Below, piece by piece: positions 1 to 8,838 of a stretch of DNA of 58,538 nt. Each line of letters opens with the position of its first letter. Position 1 is the stretch's first letter. A program made the translations under genes and the position numbers. The stretch comes from Desulfobacteraceae bacterium. GTDB lineage: Bacteria; Desulfobacterota; DSM-4660; Desulfatiglandales; Desulfatiglandaceae. The notes beneath the pieces are model-generated. The model was not told the DNA's origin. It did no database searches and was given only the letters and a program-made list of their open reading frames with translations. Location of the stretch: assembly GCA_030611815.1 (NCBI GenBank), contig JAUWPC010000001.1, forward strand, positions 1 through 58,538, written 5' to 3'.

Positions 1-716
1 CATATCTTGAAACCAAATACCGTGACCCTGATTTTTTTGATTCTTCCCCTGCGTCGCCTGAGTTCAGGGGCTTTTTCCTTGGTCACCTTGCCCCGGCCCT
101 CGCATTGCTCGGTGGATTCAAGGTCGGAGGCATCAAGCAATACTTTGATTTTACGAGGAAAAAATGAGTTGGCCGCTAATATTGAAATGATTTTATTGAA
201 AACCCGGTCCAGGGTATTCTTGGCAATGGCGACAATAAACGATGCTATAAATTCCGGACAAACCGGCCCTCTTATCGCGGTGTTGTTTTTGTCCTCCCAG
301 TCCGTTTTCGATTTATCAAGGCTCCGCCGATTAACACCCTGTTTGACCTGATGGCCATTAAACCCTACGAGACGCATAAGGGATTGAGATTGCAAAAAAA
401 CCGGACCAGTATGCAGAAAAAACTTCAATCCTGCTACAATGCGCATCAAATAGATGAGCATAACCGCGGAAAAAGGAACTGGGCTATGCCGCTTGCGATG
501 GCGTCGCGGGGCAAGCTGTTCAAGAACTTTCATGATTCCGAGTTCGCGCAGGAAACAGAAAAATTCATCGAATAATCCGGCATCACCAAGCCCGTATATT
601 TCATGAACTTCCTGTTCATTTGCGAGTTTCTCAGCGATCCCGGCCTGATCTCTTTTGGCGGTGTGCCAGACAAGCCGCTTGAATATAGCTTCTGATGCGT
701 TTTTAATAGTATCCAT
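1..716 (-). mobile_element. DDE transposase gene (IS4-like), N-terminal 238 codons; runs off the left edge, so it is absent from the ORF track
   Basis: The minus frame from ATG 716-714 is open down to position 3 (checked triplet by triplet), with an in-frame upstream stop at 786-788. The translation is MDTIKNASEAIFKRLVWH...PFSAVMLIYLMRIVAGLKFFLHTGPVFLQSQSLMRLVGFNGHQVKQGV...KIKVLLDASDLEST. From memory this resembles the N-terminus and first catalytic Asp region of IS4-type transposases. Confidence 0.55.
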
Positions 717-1091
717 GGCGCCACCATACAGTACAAAAGGCTGCCTGTCAAGGGGCTGGGTCTCATAACATATTGATATTATTGACTAAATAAGCCTTCA
801 GATTTTGCTTTCCTTGCGTCTTGTGGAAGGTGAATGAGAGGGGGTATGTCAACCTAAAACGCCGTCGCAAGAAGGAGGCGTCAAGGGCTTTGTGGGGCCT
901 GATTTGAGCAAGGCTCAAGGTGAGAATGAATTTTTACTTCTGCGGTTTTGTTGAACTTTTTTTAGTTTTTCCCTAAAAATTATGGCTTACGTCAAATATC
1001 CAGAGGCGCATAAGACGTTGATTGATTTTAAACTGTATTTATGTCAAAATCAAATAAATGGGTTTTTTGTTAACTGTTAACGGAACGGCAT

Positions 1092-1310
1092 ATGGATCTC
1101 CGATGCAAACTCGCTGCGATTTTGAGTGCTGACGTAAAAGGTTACAGCCGGCTCATGGGCGACGATGAGGAGGCCACTGTCAGGACAATAACCGCCTACC
1201 GGGAAAGGAAGTCAAAACAAGGCTTGAAAAAGCCGTTAAGGGGCTGTATTAAAGGCATTAAATCTTATAAGCTTTCTCATTATCAAAGCAAATGGAGGAA
1301 TATTCCCTGA
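1092..1310 (+). pseudogene. 5' remnant of a class III adenylate/guanylate cyclase gene (only about 38 codons recognisable, 1092 to ~1205)
   Basis: MDLRCKLAAILSADVKGYSRLMGDDEEATVRTITAYRE matches the typical start of the cyclase homology domain (LAAILxADVxGYSRLMGxDE). After that the frame becomes unrelated basic sequence and stops at 1308-1310. Confidence 0.5.
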
Positions 1311-4180
1311 TGGTTGAAAGGCCAACATCCGAACAGCTTAAGCAGAGGGTTAAGATCTTAGAAAAGGAACTTGCCGAACGGAAAAGGGTAGAATCATCGT
1401 TCAGGGAGAGCAAAGAGAGGCTTTCCCAAATCCTCCAGGAAACCTCGATCCCGACTTTTGTCATTGACAACAACCATATAGTTACCCATGTCAACAAGGC
1501 CTATGAGAATCTGACAGGTATCTTAGCCGATGAAATCATCGGGACCCGAAAACAGTGGTTAGCTTTCTATCCTACAAAAAGGCCTACAATGGCTGACCTT
1601 ATTGTGGACAACGCCCCCGAAGAAGAAATTGCGAAGCATTATCAGGGTAATTACCATAAATCCGCTGTTACAGAGGGAGGCTATGAGGCTGAACGACTTT
1701 TTGGCGACCTGAGGAAAGGGAGCAAATGGCTTTTCTTTACCGCGTCACCCTTAAAGGACGACAGGGGGAACATCACAGGCGCCATAGAAACCCTTCAGGA
1801 TATCACCGCACAAAAAACAGTGGGACAGGCATTGCGCAAATCTGAAAAGCGCCTGAGAATCCTCCTTGACTTTGTCCCATACCCGATAGTCGTATTCACC
1901 CTGGATGGCAGAGTCTACTATCTGAATCCATCATTCACCGAGACCTTCGGTTGGACCCTTGAAGAATTAGAAGGAAAGACCATTCCCTATACGCCACCAG
2001 GTTTGGAACAGGAAACCGGTGATATGATAAAAGAACTCTTTGAAAAAAAGGTTATACTCCGCCATGAAACCAGGAGACTGACTAAAGATGGGCGGGTACT
2101 GGATGTGGTTATGAGAGCCGGAGTCTATTCAGAAGACAAAGACGAACCGGCAGGGGAACTCGTTCTCCTAAGGGACGTTACCCGGGAGAAGAGGGTCGCT
2201 CGCAACAACGAGGCAATACTGCGGATCAGCACTGCCCTCCCTGAATACCCGGACATGGAAGACCTCTTAGATTACGTCAGCAGGGAAATTAAACAGCTTT
2301 TAAACACAGAGGGCGCCCTTGTCATACTCTTAGATGAAGAGAGAAAAGAGCTCTTCTACATGGGCGCGGCATATGACGACAGCACCACTCAGGAGAGGAT
2401 AAAGGAAATCCGCTTTCCTGCAAATAAAAGCGTGGCCGGCAATGTCATCAAGACCGGTAAGCCGATTATTGTACACGACACTTCCAAAGATCCCCATTTT
2501 TATCCCGGGGTAGATAAGAGACTCGGATACCACACTAAAAACATGCTTGAAGTGCCCCTAAGGAGTGGTGATAGAATTATCGGGGCTTTATGCGCCCGCA
2601 ACAAAAAGGAAGGTGCTTTTGATGAGACGGATCTTGAGCTATTGAGCATGATAGCCGGGACCATTGCCCTCTCCATAGAAAACGCCAGGTTCTCGGAAGA
2701 AATAATAAGGGCCTACGCGAATAATGAGGCGCTCCTCAGGATCAGCACGGCCCTCCCTGAATACCCTGACTTGGAGGAACTTCAGGATTATGTCAGCAGC
2801 GAGGTAAAACGACTCATGGGATCAGAGGGCGCTATCGTCATGCTGTTAGATGAAGAGAAGGAAGAACTCTTTTTTGTGGGAGCGTCCTATGATGACAGCG
2901 CGACTCAAAAAAGGGTAAAGGAAATTCGTTTCCCTCTTGATGAGCTTGTAGCGGGCCAGGTCATCAAGACCGGGAAACCCTTAATAATATCGGACACTTC
3001 TGCTGATCCCGAGCTTCATCGAGAGAGAGATAAGAAGCTCGGATACCATACTAAAAACCTCCTCCTTGTGCCTTTGAGAAGTAGCGATCGAATCATCGGT
3101 ACCTTATGCGCTATCAACAAAAAGGAGGGGCGCTTTGATCAGGCTAATGTGGAATTGTTGAGCATGGTAGCGGGAACCGTCGCCCTTTCAATAGAAAACG
3201 CCCGGTTTTCTGAGGAGTTGAAGAGGGCCTACATAGAGGTCTCGAGTATGAACCGCGCAAAGGACAAGGTGATTAACCACCTGTCTCATGAATTAAAGAC
3301 CCCTGTCTCCGTTCTCTCCGGCTCCCTTAAAATATTAGAAAAGAAATTAGAGTTACTTACCGAAGAAAGCTGGAAAATCACCCTGTCGAGGGGTAAGAGG
3401 AACCTGGACCGCATTGTAGAAATCCAGAACCAGGTAGAAGACATCATGCGGGAGAGGCACTACAAGTCTCATCATCTTTTGTCTCAGATGCTTGAAGAGT
3501 GTGCTGATGAGCTGGAAACCCTGATCGCTGAGGAGGTTGGAGAAGGGCGACTCGTTGAAACCATAAGAAAACGGGTTGATAAACTTTTTGGCCCCAAGGA
3601 AATTGAGCCAAAAAGGATTATCCTGAATGAATACGTCAAGGAGAGGATTGCAGCCATCAAGCCACTGTGTTTCCATCGCCAGGTTGATATCATAAGCGAT
3701 CTGGAAACGGTACCACCCATTTGTATCCCCCAGGATCCACTGCAAAAGATTATCGACGGTTTAGTAAAAAACGCCATAGAAAATACTCCCGATGAAGGTA
3801 AGATTGAGATCATCTTAAGAGAAAAGGATGCGGGCATTGAACTGGTGGTGCATGACTATGGGGTAGGCATCATAGAAGATGCGCAAAGACGGATATTTGA
3901 AGGCTTCTTTGCCACACAGGATACCATGGCCTATTCATCCAAGAGGGCCTTTGATTTCAATGCCGGGGGAAAAGGGGCGGACCTGTTACGGATGAAGATC
4001 TTTTCCGAGCGGTACAATTTTAAGATAGAGATGAAATCTTCAAGGTGCAGGTTTATACCGAAAGAAACAGATTTGTGTCCCGGGAGGATCAGTGACTGCG
4101 CTTTTTGCGCCAATGTAGAGGACTGCTACGGCTCAGGAGAGAGCTCCTTTTCTATCCATTTCCCTGCCGCTTCGAATTGA
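1292..4180 (+). CDS. Sensor histidine kinase: PAS-PAS-GAF-GAF-HisKA-HATPase with a Cys-rich tail
   Basis: 962-aa ORF with two PAS-like regions (aa ~45-300) and two GAF units. It has the H-box NHLSHELKTP and an ATPase region (LVKNAIENTP, HDYGVGI, GGKGADL). ATG 1310 may be the true start, because GGAGGA at 1294-1299 lies 10 nt upstream. Confidence 0.9.
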   Translation: MEEYSLMVERPTSEQLKQRVKILEKELAERKRVESSFRESKERLSQILQETSIPTFVIDNNHIVTHVNKAYENLTGILADEIIGTRKQWLAFYPTKRPTMADLIVDNAPEEEIAKHYQGNYHKSAVTEGGYEAERLFGDLRKGSKWLFFTASPLKDDRGNITGAIETLQDITAQKTVGQALRKSEKRLRILLDFVPYPIVVFTLDGRVYYLNPSFTETFGWTLEELEGKTIPYTPPGLEQETGDMIKELFEKKVILRHETRRLTKDGRVLDVVMRAGVYSEDKDEPAGELVLLRDVTREKRVARNNEAILRISTALPEYPDMEDLLDYVSREIKQLLNTEGALVILLDEERKELFYMGAAYDDSTTQERIKEIRFPANKSVAGNVIKTGKPIIVHDTSKDPHFYPGVDKRLGYHTKNMLEVPLRSGDRIIGALCARNKKEGAFDETDLELLSMIAGTIALSIENARFSEEIIRAYANNEALLRISTALPEYPDLEELQDYVSSEVKRLMGSEGAIVMLLDEEKEELFFVGASYDDSATQKRVKEIRFPLDELVAGQVIKTGKPLIISDTSADPELHRERDKKLGYHTKNLLLVPLRSSDRIIGTLCAINKKEGRFDQANVELLSMVAGTVALSIENARFSEELKRAYIEVSSMNRAKDKVINHLSHELKTPVSVLSGSLKILEKKLELLTEESWKITLSRGKRNLDRIVEIQNQVEDIMRERHYKSHHLLSQMLEECADELETLIAEEVGEGRLVETIRKRVDKLFGPKEIEPKRIILNEYVKERIAAIKPLCFHRQVDIISDLETVPPICIPQDPLQKIIDGLVKNAIENTPDEGKIEIILREKDAGIELVVHDYGVGIIEDAQRRIFEGFFATQDTMAYSSKRAFDFNAGGKGADLLRMKIFSERYNFKIEMKSSRCRFIPKETDLCPGRISDCAFCANVEDCYGSGESSFSIHFPAASN
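2204..3235 (+). repeat. Intragenic tandem duplication of a 516-nt (172-codon) GAF unit
   Basis: aa 305-476 (NNEAILRISTALPEYPDMEDLL...ENARFSEEIIRAYA) and aa 477-648 (NNEALLRISTALPEYPDLEELQ...ENARFSEELKRAYI) align without gaps. Identity by eye is roughly 70 percent. Confidence 0.85.
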
Positions 4181-4415
4181 GGCATCCTCTATGGCATGGA
4201 AATCAAAGACCTCAAGTTTCGCATCCCATAATTAGAAATATAGAGCTAACTTCGGCCACTTGATCCAATTATTCTAAAGTTGCTAATAAACTGTAGGTTT
4301 TCTTTGCGTCTTTGCGCCTTTGCGTGAGACCTTTTCTGTTCCCCGCTTCTGGTTTCATAAATGCGGGATCACCGTTTCACTGAGACCGGTTTATCCGGGT
4401 AAGGGGTTTGTTACA

Positions 4416-5567
4416 GTGAATTTTGATCTGACCAATGAGCAAATAGATATTAAGAAGGCAGCAAGAGATTTTGCAACCGGAGAATTTACAGACGTTGCGC
4501 GAGATTATGACCTGAACGAGACCTTTCCCTTGGAGATCTTGAAAAAAGCAAGGGGCTTAGGATTCATAGGCCTTTTTATTCCCGAGAAATACGGGGGGCC
4601 TGGGTTTGGTTTTCTGGAACATGCCCTGGTCTTGGAGGAATTCTGGAGTATAGACCCAGGGATCGGCCAGCAACTCTGTTCCGTCACGTTCGGTGCCGAA
4701 GAGCTTCTTCTATATGGCTCCGAAGAACAGAAAAAACAGTATCTGCCTCCAATCTTTGATGCTGAGGGTATCATGGGTTTTGCCATCACCGAACCCGATG
4801 CAGGGAGTGACACGGCCTCGGTCAGCACAACGGCTGTCAAAGATGGTAACGATTATGTAATCAATGGGAATAAAGTGATGATTGGCAACGGGACTGTAGG
4901 GACATTCCTGTTAGTATACTGCCTGACGAATCCCGAAGAAGAATCCAGGACCTCCCGTCACAGCATCATAATAGTAGAAACAGACAGGAAGGGTTATGAT
5001 GCCGACAAGATGGAAGGAAAAATGGGGATCAGGTGTTCGGACACCGCCATGGTCTATTTCAATGATGTTCGGGTGCCCCGGGAGAATCTGGTGGGGAAGG
5101 AGGGGAACGGCTTTATCCAGTTGATGCACTTTTTCGACCGCTCACGGGCATACGTGGCCGCTCATGGATTGGGCCTGGCCCAGGGTGCCATGGATATGGC
5201 CATCAAACAGGCCAAGCAGAGAAGACAATTTGGCCGACCTATTGGATCCTTTCAGGCCACTCAGTTCAAACTTGCGGAAATGGCGACTAAAATCGAAAGC
5301 GCCCGCAACATGGTGTACAAGTCGGCATGGGTACTGGACCAGGGTAAACCGGATACAAAACTGACCGCAATGGCCAAGCTGTACGCCTGCCACGTGGCCG
5401 TTGAAGTGGTTGATGAGGCCTTGCAGATCCACGGTGGTTATGGTTACTTCAATGATAATGATATCGAAAGGTTCTATCGGGCGGCCAAGGTACTGGAAAT
5501 TTACGAAGGGACCAAGGAGGTGGAAAAAATAATAATCGCACGGGAGATCTTGGGTAAACTCGGATGA
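4416..5567 (+). CDS. Acyl-CoA dehydrogenase
   Basis: ACAD-like throughout (FDLTNEQ..., ITEPDAGSD, QIHGGYGY, EIYEGT). GTG 4416, preceded by AAGGGG, gives a normal ~383-aa length. The track ORF starts earlier, at TTG 4320. Confidence 0.9.
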   Translation: MNFDLTNEQIDIKKAARDFATGEFTDVARDYDLNETFPLEILKKARGLGFIGLFIPEKYGGPGFGFLEHALVLEEFWSIDPGIGQQLCSVTFGAEELLLYGSEEQKKQYLPPIFDAEGIMGFAITEPDAGSDTASVSTTAVKDGNDYVINGNKVMIGNGTVGTFLLVYCLTNPEEESRTSRHSIIIVETDRKGYDADKMEGKMGIRCSDTAMVYFNDVRVPRENLVGKEGNGFIQLMHFFDRSRAYVAAHGLGLAQGAMDMAIKQAKQRRQFGRPIGSFQATQFKLAEMATKIESARNMVYKSAWVLDQGKPDTKLTAMAKLYACHVAVEVVDEALQIHGGYGYFNDNDIERFYRAAKVLEIYEGTKEVEKIIIAREILGKLG

Positions 5568-5597
5568 ATTGAGGAATTACGAATCCCTAAAATCCCT

Positions 5598-6527
5598 ATG
5601 AAAAGATATCGCGACTTCAATACTTACTTAAAAGAGATCTTCGGTGAACGTGTTCAGAAAATATCCCTGGATGCCGGGCTCGGCTGCCCCAACCGTGATG
5701 GAACCATATCCCGCAGTGGGTGTATTTTTTGTGATCGCCGGGGATCAGGCACCGGCGCCTTAATTAATCACGGCCTTTCCATTACACGGCAAATCGCTGA
5801 GGCCAAGGGTTTTATCCAAAAGCGCTACAAGGCCAAGAAGTTTATTGCCTACTTTCAATCCTTCACCAACACCTACGCCCCTGTTTCCCATTTGAAAGGC
5901 CTCTACGACGAGGCGTTAGCTCAAAAGGATATGTTGGGTCTTTCGGTGGCCACACGACCGGACTGCGTGGACAGGGAAATTCTGACGCTTCTAAGCTCTT
6001 ATCAGGCCGATCATCTTGTCTGGCTTGAATACGGCCTCCAATCTTCACACGACAAAACGCTTAAACTGATAAACCGTGGACATGACGTATCCTGTTTTGA
6101 ACAGAGCGTCCTGATGGCCGATGAATACCCAATAAATATATGCGCCCACATCATCCTGGGGCTTCCTGGTGAAGACCGTGAAATGATGCTGCAAACCGCC
6201 CGATTTCTCTCAAACCTCCCCATCCGGGGCGTAAAGATACACCTTCTTTATGTGGTCAAAGATACCCCGCTTTCCGAGCTTTACCATAGAGAAGGATTCC
6301 GATGCCTGAACAGAAAAGAATACGCAAACCTTGTAGTGGATTTCTTAGAGCTACTACCTCCGGACATGGTGATTCAAAGATTGACCGGTGACCCTATTCA
6401 GTCCGAGCTTGTGGCTCCCTTGTGGGCCAAGGAAAAGCAGTTAAACCTCAAACTCATCCAGACAACCCTTGAAAGGAGAGAGACATGGCAGGGAAGAGAT
6501 TACCGGAAATCTACTGCTGGAAAATAA
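5598..6527 (+). CDS. TIGR01212-type radical SAM protein
   Basis: N-terminal GLGCPNRDGTISRSGCIFCD cluster and about 300 aa, typical of this family. Confidence 0.8.
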   Translation: MKRYRDFNTYLKEIFGERVQKISLDAGLGCPNRDGTISRSGCIFCDRRGSGTGALINHGLSITRQIAEAKGFIQKRYKAKKFIAYFQSFTNTYAPVSHLKGLYDEALAQKDMLGLSVATRPDCVDREILTLLSSYQADHLVWLEYGLQSSHDKTLKLINRGHDVSCFEQSVLMADEYPINICAHIILGLPGEDREMMLQTARFLSNLPIRGVKIHLLYVVKDTPLSELYHREGFRCLNRKEYANLVVDFLELLPPDMVIQRLTGDPIQSELVAPLWAKEKQLNLKLIQTTLERRETWQGRDYRKSTAGK

Positions 6528-7009
6528 AAATTGATCGTCTGACCATACATTTAGCTTCCACAAGGAAAGGGGCGATTCGGGTCGGACTGGATTTGAACGG
6601 GCGGGGCGACTCCACTATCTTCTTCAGAAGGCGATTCCCAAACGCAAATCTTATAGAGGACCATCGTATGAATCAACCGCTCGTAGAAGCGATTGAGGCG
6701 GTTTTATCAAACAACCCAACAAAAAAACCTCTACCTTTAGATTTCTCACGCACCCCATTTCAATGGTCGGTATTGAAGGCGATCGCCACAATACCTTTTG
6801 GAGAAACAAGGACTTATGGGGAGGTGGCGTCAATGGTTGGGAAGCCCGGAGGTGCGAGGGCGGTGGGTCAGGTCATGGGCAAGAATCCCCTGCCCCTGAT
6901 TTTTCCATGACACAGAGTTGTTGCTGCCGGGGGACTCGGCGGTTTTGGAAGCGGGCTTAATGTCAAGAGGTATCTGTTAGGGCGTGAGGTGGAGTCTGAA
7001 ATTATGTAG
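6485..7009 (+). CDS. ogt: Methylated-DNA-protein-cysteine methyltransferase (Ogt/MGMT) with in-frame TGA (6908-6910) at the catalytic Cys position; possible selenoprotein or pseudogene
   Basis: TPFQWSVLKAIATIPFGETRTYGEVA...GKNPLPLIFP-TGA-HRVVAAGGLGGFGSGLNVKRYLLGREVESEIM-TAG. The canonical PCHRV motif is interrupted only by TGA, and the downstream frame is intact. Confidence 0.7.
6923..6943 (+). other. SECIS-like RNA hairpin 12 nt downstream of the in-frame UGA
   Basis: GCUGCCG (6923-6929) pairs with CGGCGGU (6937-6943), giving 7 bp including 2 G-U pairs. The loop is the G-rich GGGGACU. Confidence 0.45.
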
Positions 7010-7015
7010 CAACAC

Positions 7016-7561
7016 CTATTTCTGCGGGTCCCCCACCCTTTCGCGGAGGAGTTGATCCATGGCAATTTGATACTCTGCCGAACCGGGTAACATGGATTTT
7101 TTTTGTGCTAATTGGGCCACGATTTCCTCTTCGACCTTGTCGAACTGGATATGGCTCTGGCTTATGACCCGGTTTATGACATGGTATACCTCTTCATCGG
7201 TCCCATAAATCTCTATTACATGCGGATCATTGATAAGGACTTCCATAAGGTATTGTGTCATATATAGAGAATAGGGATTTGGACGGGGAACAAGGTTGCG
7301 AATGGGTGAGACAAAGTACTCGAAATCAAATTCCGAGCTGTGTAAGGCCTTTTTTAGGCCCTTGAGGATGGAATCGGTAATAGCAGCAGCATTGTCCGTT
7401 TCAATAATCTTTTCCTGCAGCAGAACCTGACGAAGCTTATTATGTATTTCAGGAAGCTTAAACCTGAAAAACCTCCCCTCTTGAAAGGCCCTCTGCTTCT
7501 CCTGCCTCTCAAGTCGATTAATTAACTTATTATGAACCCTGCCAGCATCCCTTGTATGCAT
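7016..7561 (-). CDS. Conserved hypothetical protein (possibly DUF507-like)
   Basis: 181-aa ORF with uninterrupted coding-like composition, in an operon with the two genes upstream. The family call is weak recollection only. Confidence 0.55.
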   Translation of the reverse strand: MHTRDAGRVHNKLINRLERQEKQRAFQEGRFFRFKLPEIHNKLRQVLLQEKIIETDNAAAITDSILKGLKKALHSSEFDFEYFVSPIRNLVPRPNPYSLYMTQYLMEVLINDPHVIEIYGTDEEVYHVINRVISQSHIQFDKVEEEIVAQLAQKKSMLPGSAEYQIAMDQLLRERVGDPQK

Positions 7562-7586
7562 CGTCAGCCCTTATGGCCCGTATTAA

Positions 7587-7910
7587 CTATTCTTTATTCT
7601 TGGAAGGAGCCGGCGTATCTTTCTTGCTCGAACTCTCCGTCGCACTCTTTCCCTTTTTATCAGGGTTCGCCTTTTCTGTATTCCCGCTGGCGCCCTTTTC
7701 CTTGCCCTCCTTATGGGTGGAGCCGGACTTGGAGGCATAATCGGTTACGTACCAGCCTGTCCCTTTCAGGTGAAAGGTGCTATGTGAAATGAGCTTTTTC
7801 AGCTTATTAGAATGGCACTCCTCGCACTCTGCGATCGGTGGGTCTGAAAATTTCTGCAAGGCCTCTAAATGGTGCCCGCATTCATCACATTCATATTCAT
7901 AAATCGGCAT
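7587..7910 (-). CDS. FmdB-family zinc-ribbon protein
   Basis: MPIYEYECDECGH...CEEC has the two CxxC pairs at the N-terminus. The tail is low-complexity and Lys/Ser-rich. Confidence 0.85.
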   Translation of the reverse strand: MPIYEYECDECGHHLEALQKFSDPPIAECEECHSNKLKKLISHSTFHLKGTGWYVTDYASKSGSTHKEGKEKGASGNTEKANPDKKGKSATESSSKKDTPAPSKNKE

Positions 7911-7937
7911 TCCTGCTTTCCCTCCTACGTATCACTG

Positions 7938-8459
7938 TCAAACACCAACCTGGCATATCCTGTGTCCCTGATATGAGTCAAGGACATAGTCCAGGTTGGA
8001 AAGAGAAAAATCTTTTAATATTTCATAAGTGGTTGAATGAACGACCTCTTCTTCCTCAACCCTTTCCTTGTCCGGAACATCAAATCTCTGAAAAAAATTG
8101 CAGAATCTGACGATATGAACCAGCTCATGGGTGAAAATATATACAAGAAGGGGCAAGAGAGCCAAATTTCCGTCTCTATTGAGCGCTCTTAAAATAAGGT
8201 GATCCTGCAAGCAGATAAAATAAAAATCGCGACCTTTTGTTTTTGACTCAAAATCATTTAACACCCTCATCCCCTTGGCTAAGACAGCGAGGGCAAAGTT
8301 GCTTATCTCCCCTCCACTCAAAGATGAGAGCGTCTTCACGTCATAGCCATATTTCTTCCATTGCCCACTTGAAAACTTAAAGAAATTCCCGGTGGCATCC
8401 TCGGCAATATCGAGGGCATCGCTTAGAATTATGAGCTCATCTTGTTTGAAAGGGGCCAT
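7938..8459 (-). CDS. Hypothetical protein with an HExxH motif (THELVHIVRF)
   Basis: 173-aa ORF, first gene of a three-gene minus-strand operon. The HELVH motif hints at a metallopeptidase-like fold. Confidence 0.55.
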   Translation of the reverse strand: MAPFKQDELIILSDALDIAEDATGNFFKFSSGQWKKYGYDVKTLSSLSGGEISNFALAVLAKGMRVLNDFESKTKGRDFYFICLQDHLILRALNRDGNLALLPLLVYIFTHELVHIVRFCNFFQRFDVPDKERVEEEEVVHSTTYEILKDFSLSNLDYVLDSYQGHRICQVGV

Positions 8460-8644
8460 CTATAGTATTCCAATTTTTGTTTCTGCAAAATTGAAATGTC
8501 ATTAATAGTCCTTTATCGTCATTCGCTTCGCTGTAATTAGCCGCCTAAGCGAAAGCGGTTGCGATAAAACGAGACTCATCATCGGATCCGTGCAGAAAAA
8601 ATAAGGCCTGACAGGCCAATGTCAATGCCGAAGCATGCTTTTCT

Positions 8645-8721
8645 TGGTGGCGGTGACTGGATTTGAACCAGTGACCCTGCGGATATGAGCCGCATGCTCT
8701 GACCACCTGAGCTACACCGCC
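8645..8721 (-). tRNA. tRNA-Met (anticodon CAT), elongator type; the Ile2-lysidine type cannot be excluded
   Basis: The reverse complement is GGCGGTGTAGCTCAGGTGGTCAGAGCATGCGGCTCATATCCGCAGGGTCACTGGTTCAAATCCAGTCACCGCCACCA. It folds as a full cloverleaf (acceptor GGCGGTG/CACCGCC, anticodon loop CTCATAT, T-arm ACTGG/CCAGT) with an encoded CCA. Confidence 0.9.
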
Positions 8722-8838
8722 TGTAAAGTTACCCGGCCCATTAATTTATTTATGTTTTTCCTCTTGTCAATCAAATGAGACCTTTGCAAAACGCCCAATT
8801 CCTCAATTCCAAAATCCTTAAATTCCCCAATCCTTATC

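Noticed and set aside
7-766. Listed ORFs 7-351 (+), 351-575 (+) and 530-766 (-)
   Set aside because: All three have low-complexity or unrecognisable translations. A 238-codon open minus-strand frame with a transposase-like translation covers the same DNA, so they are shadow ORFs.
6908-6910. The ogt TGA as a simple inactivating nonsense mutation or sequencing error
   Set aside because: This cannot be excluded without reads or the rest of the genome. I consider it less likely because the stop hits exactly the catalytic Cys codon, the 32 downstream codons remain in frame and conserved, and a suitably placed hairpin follows.
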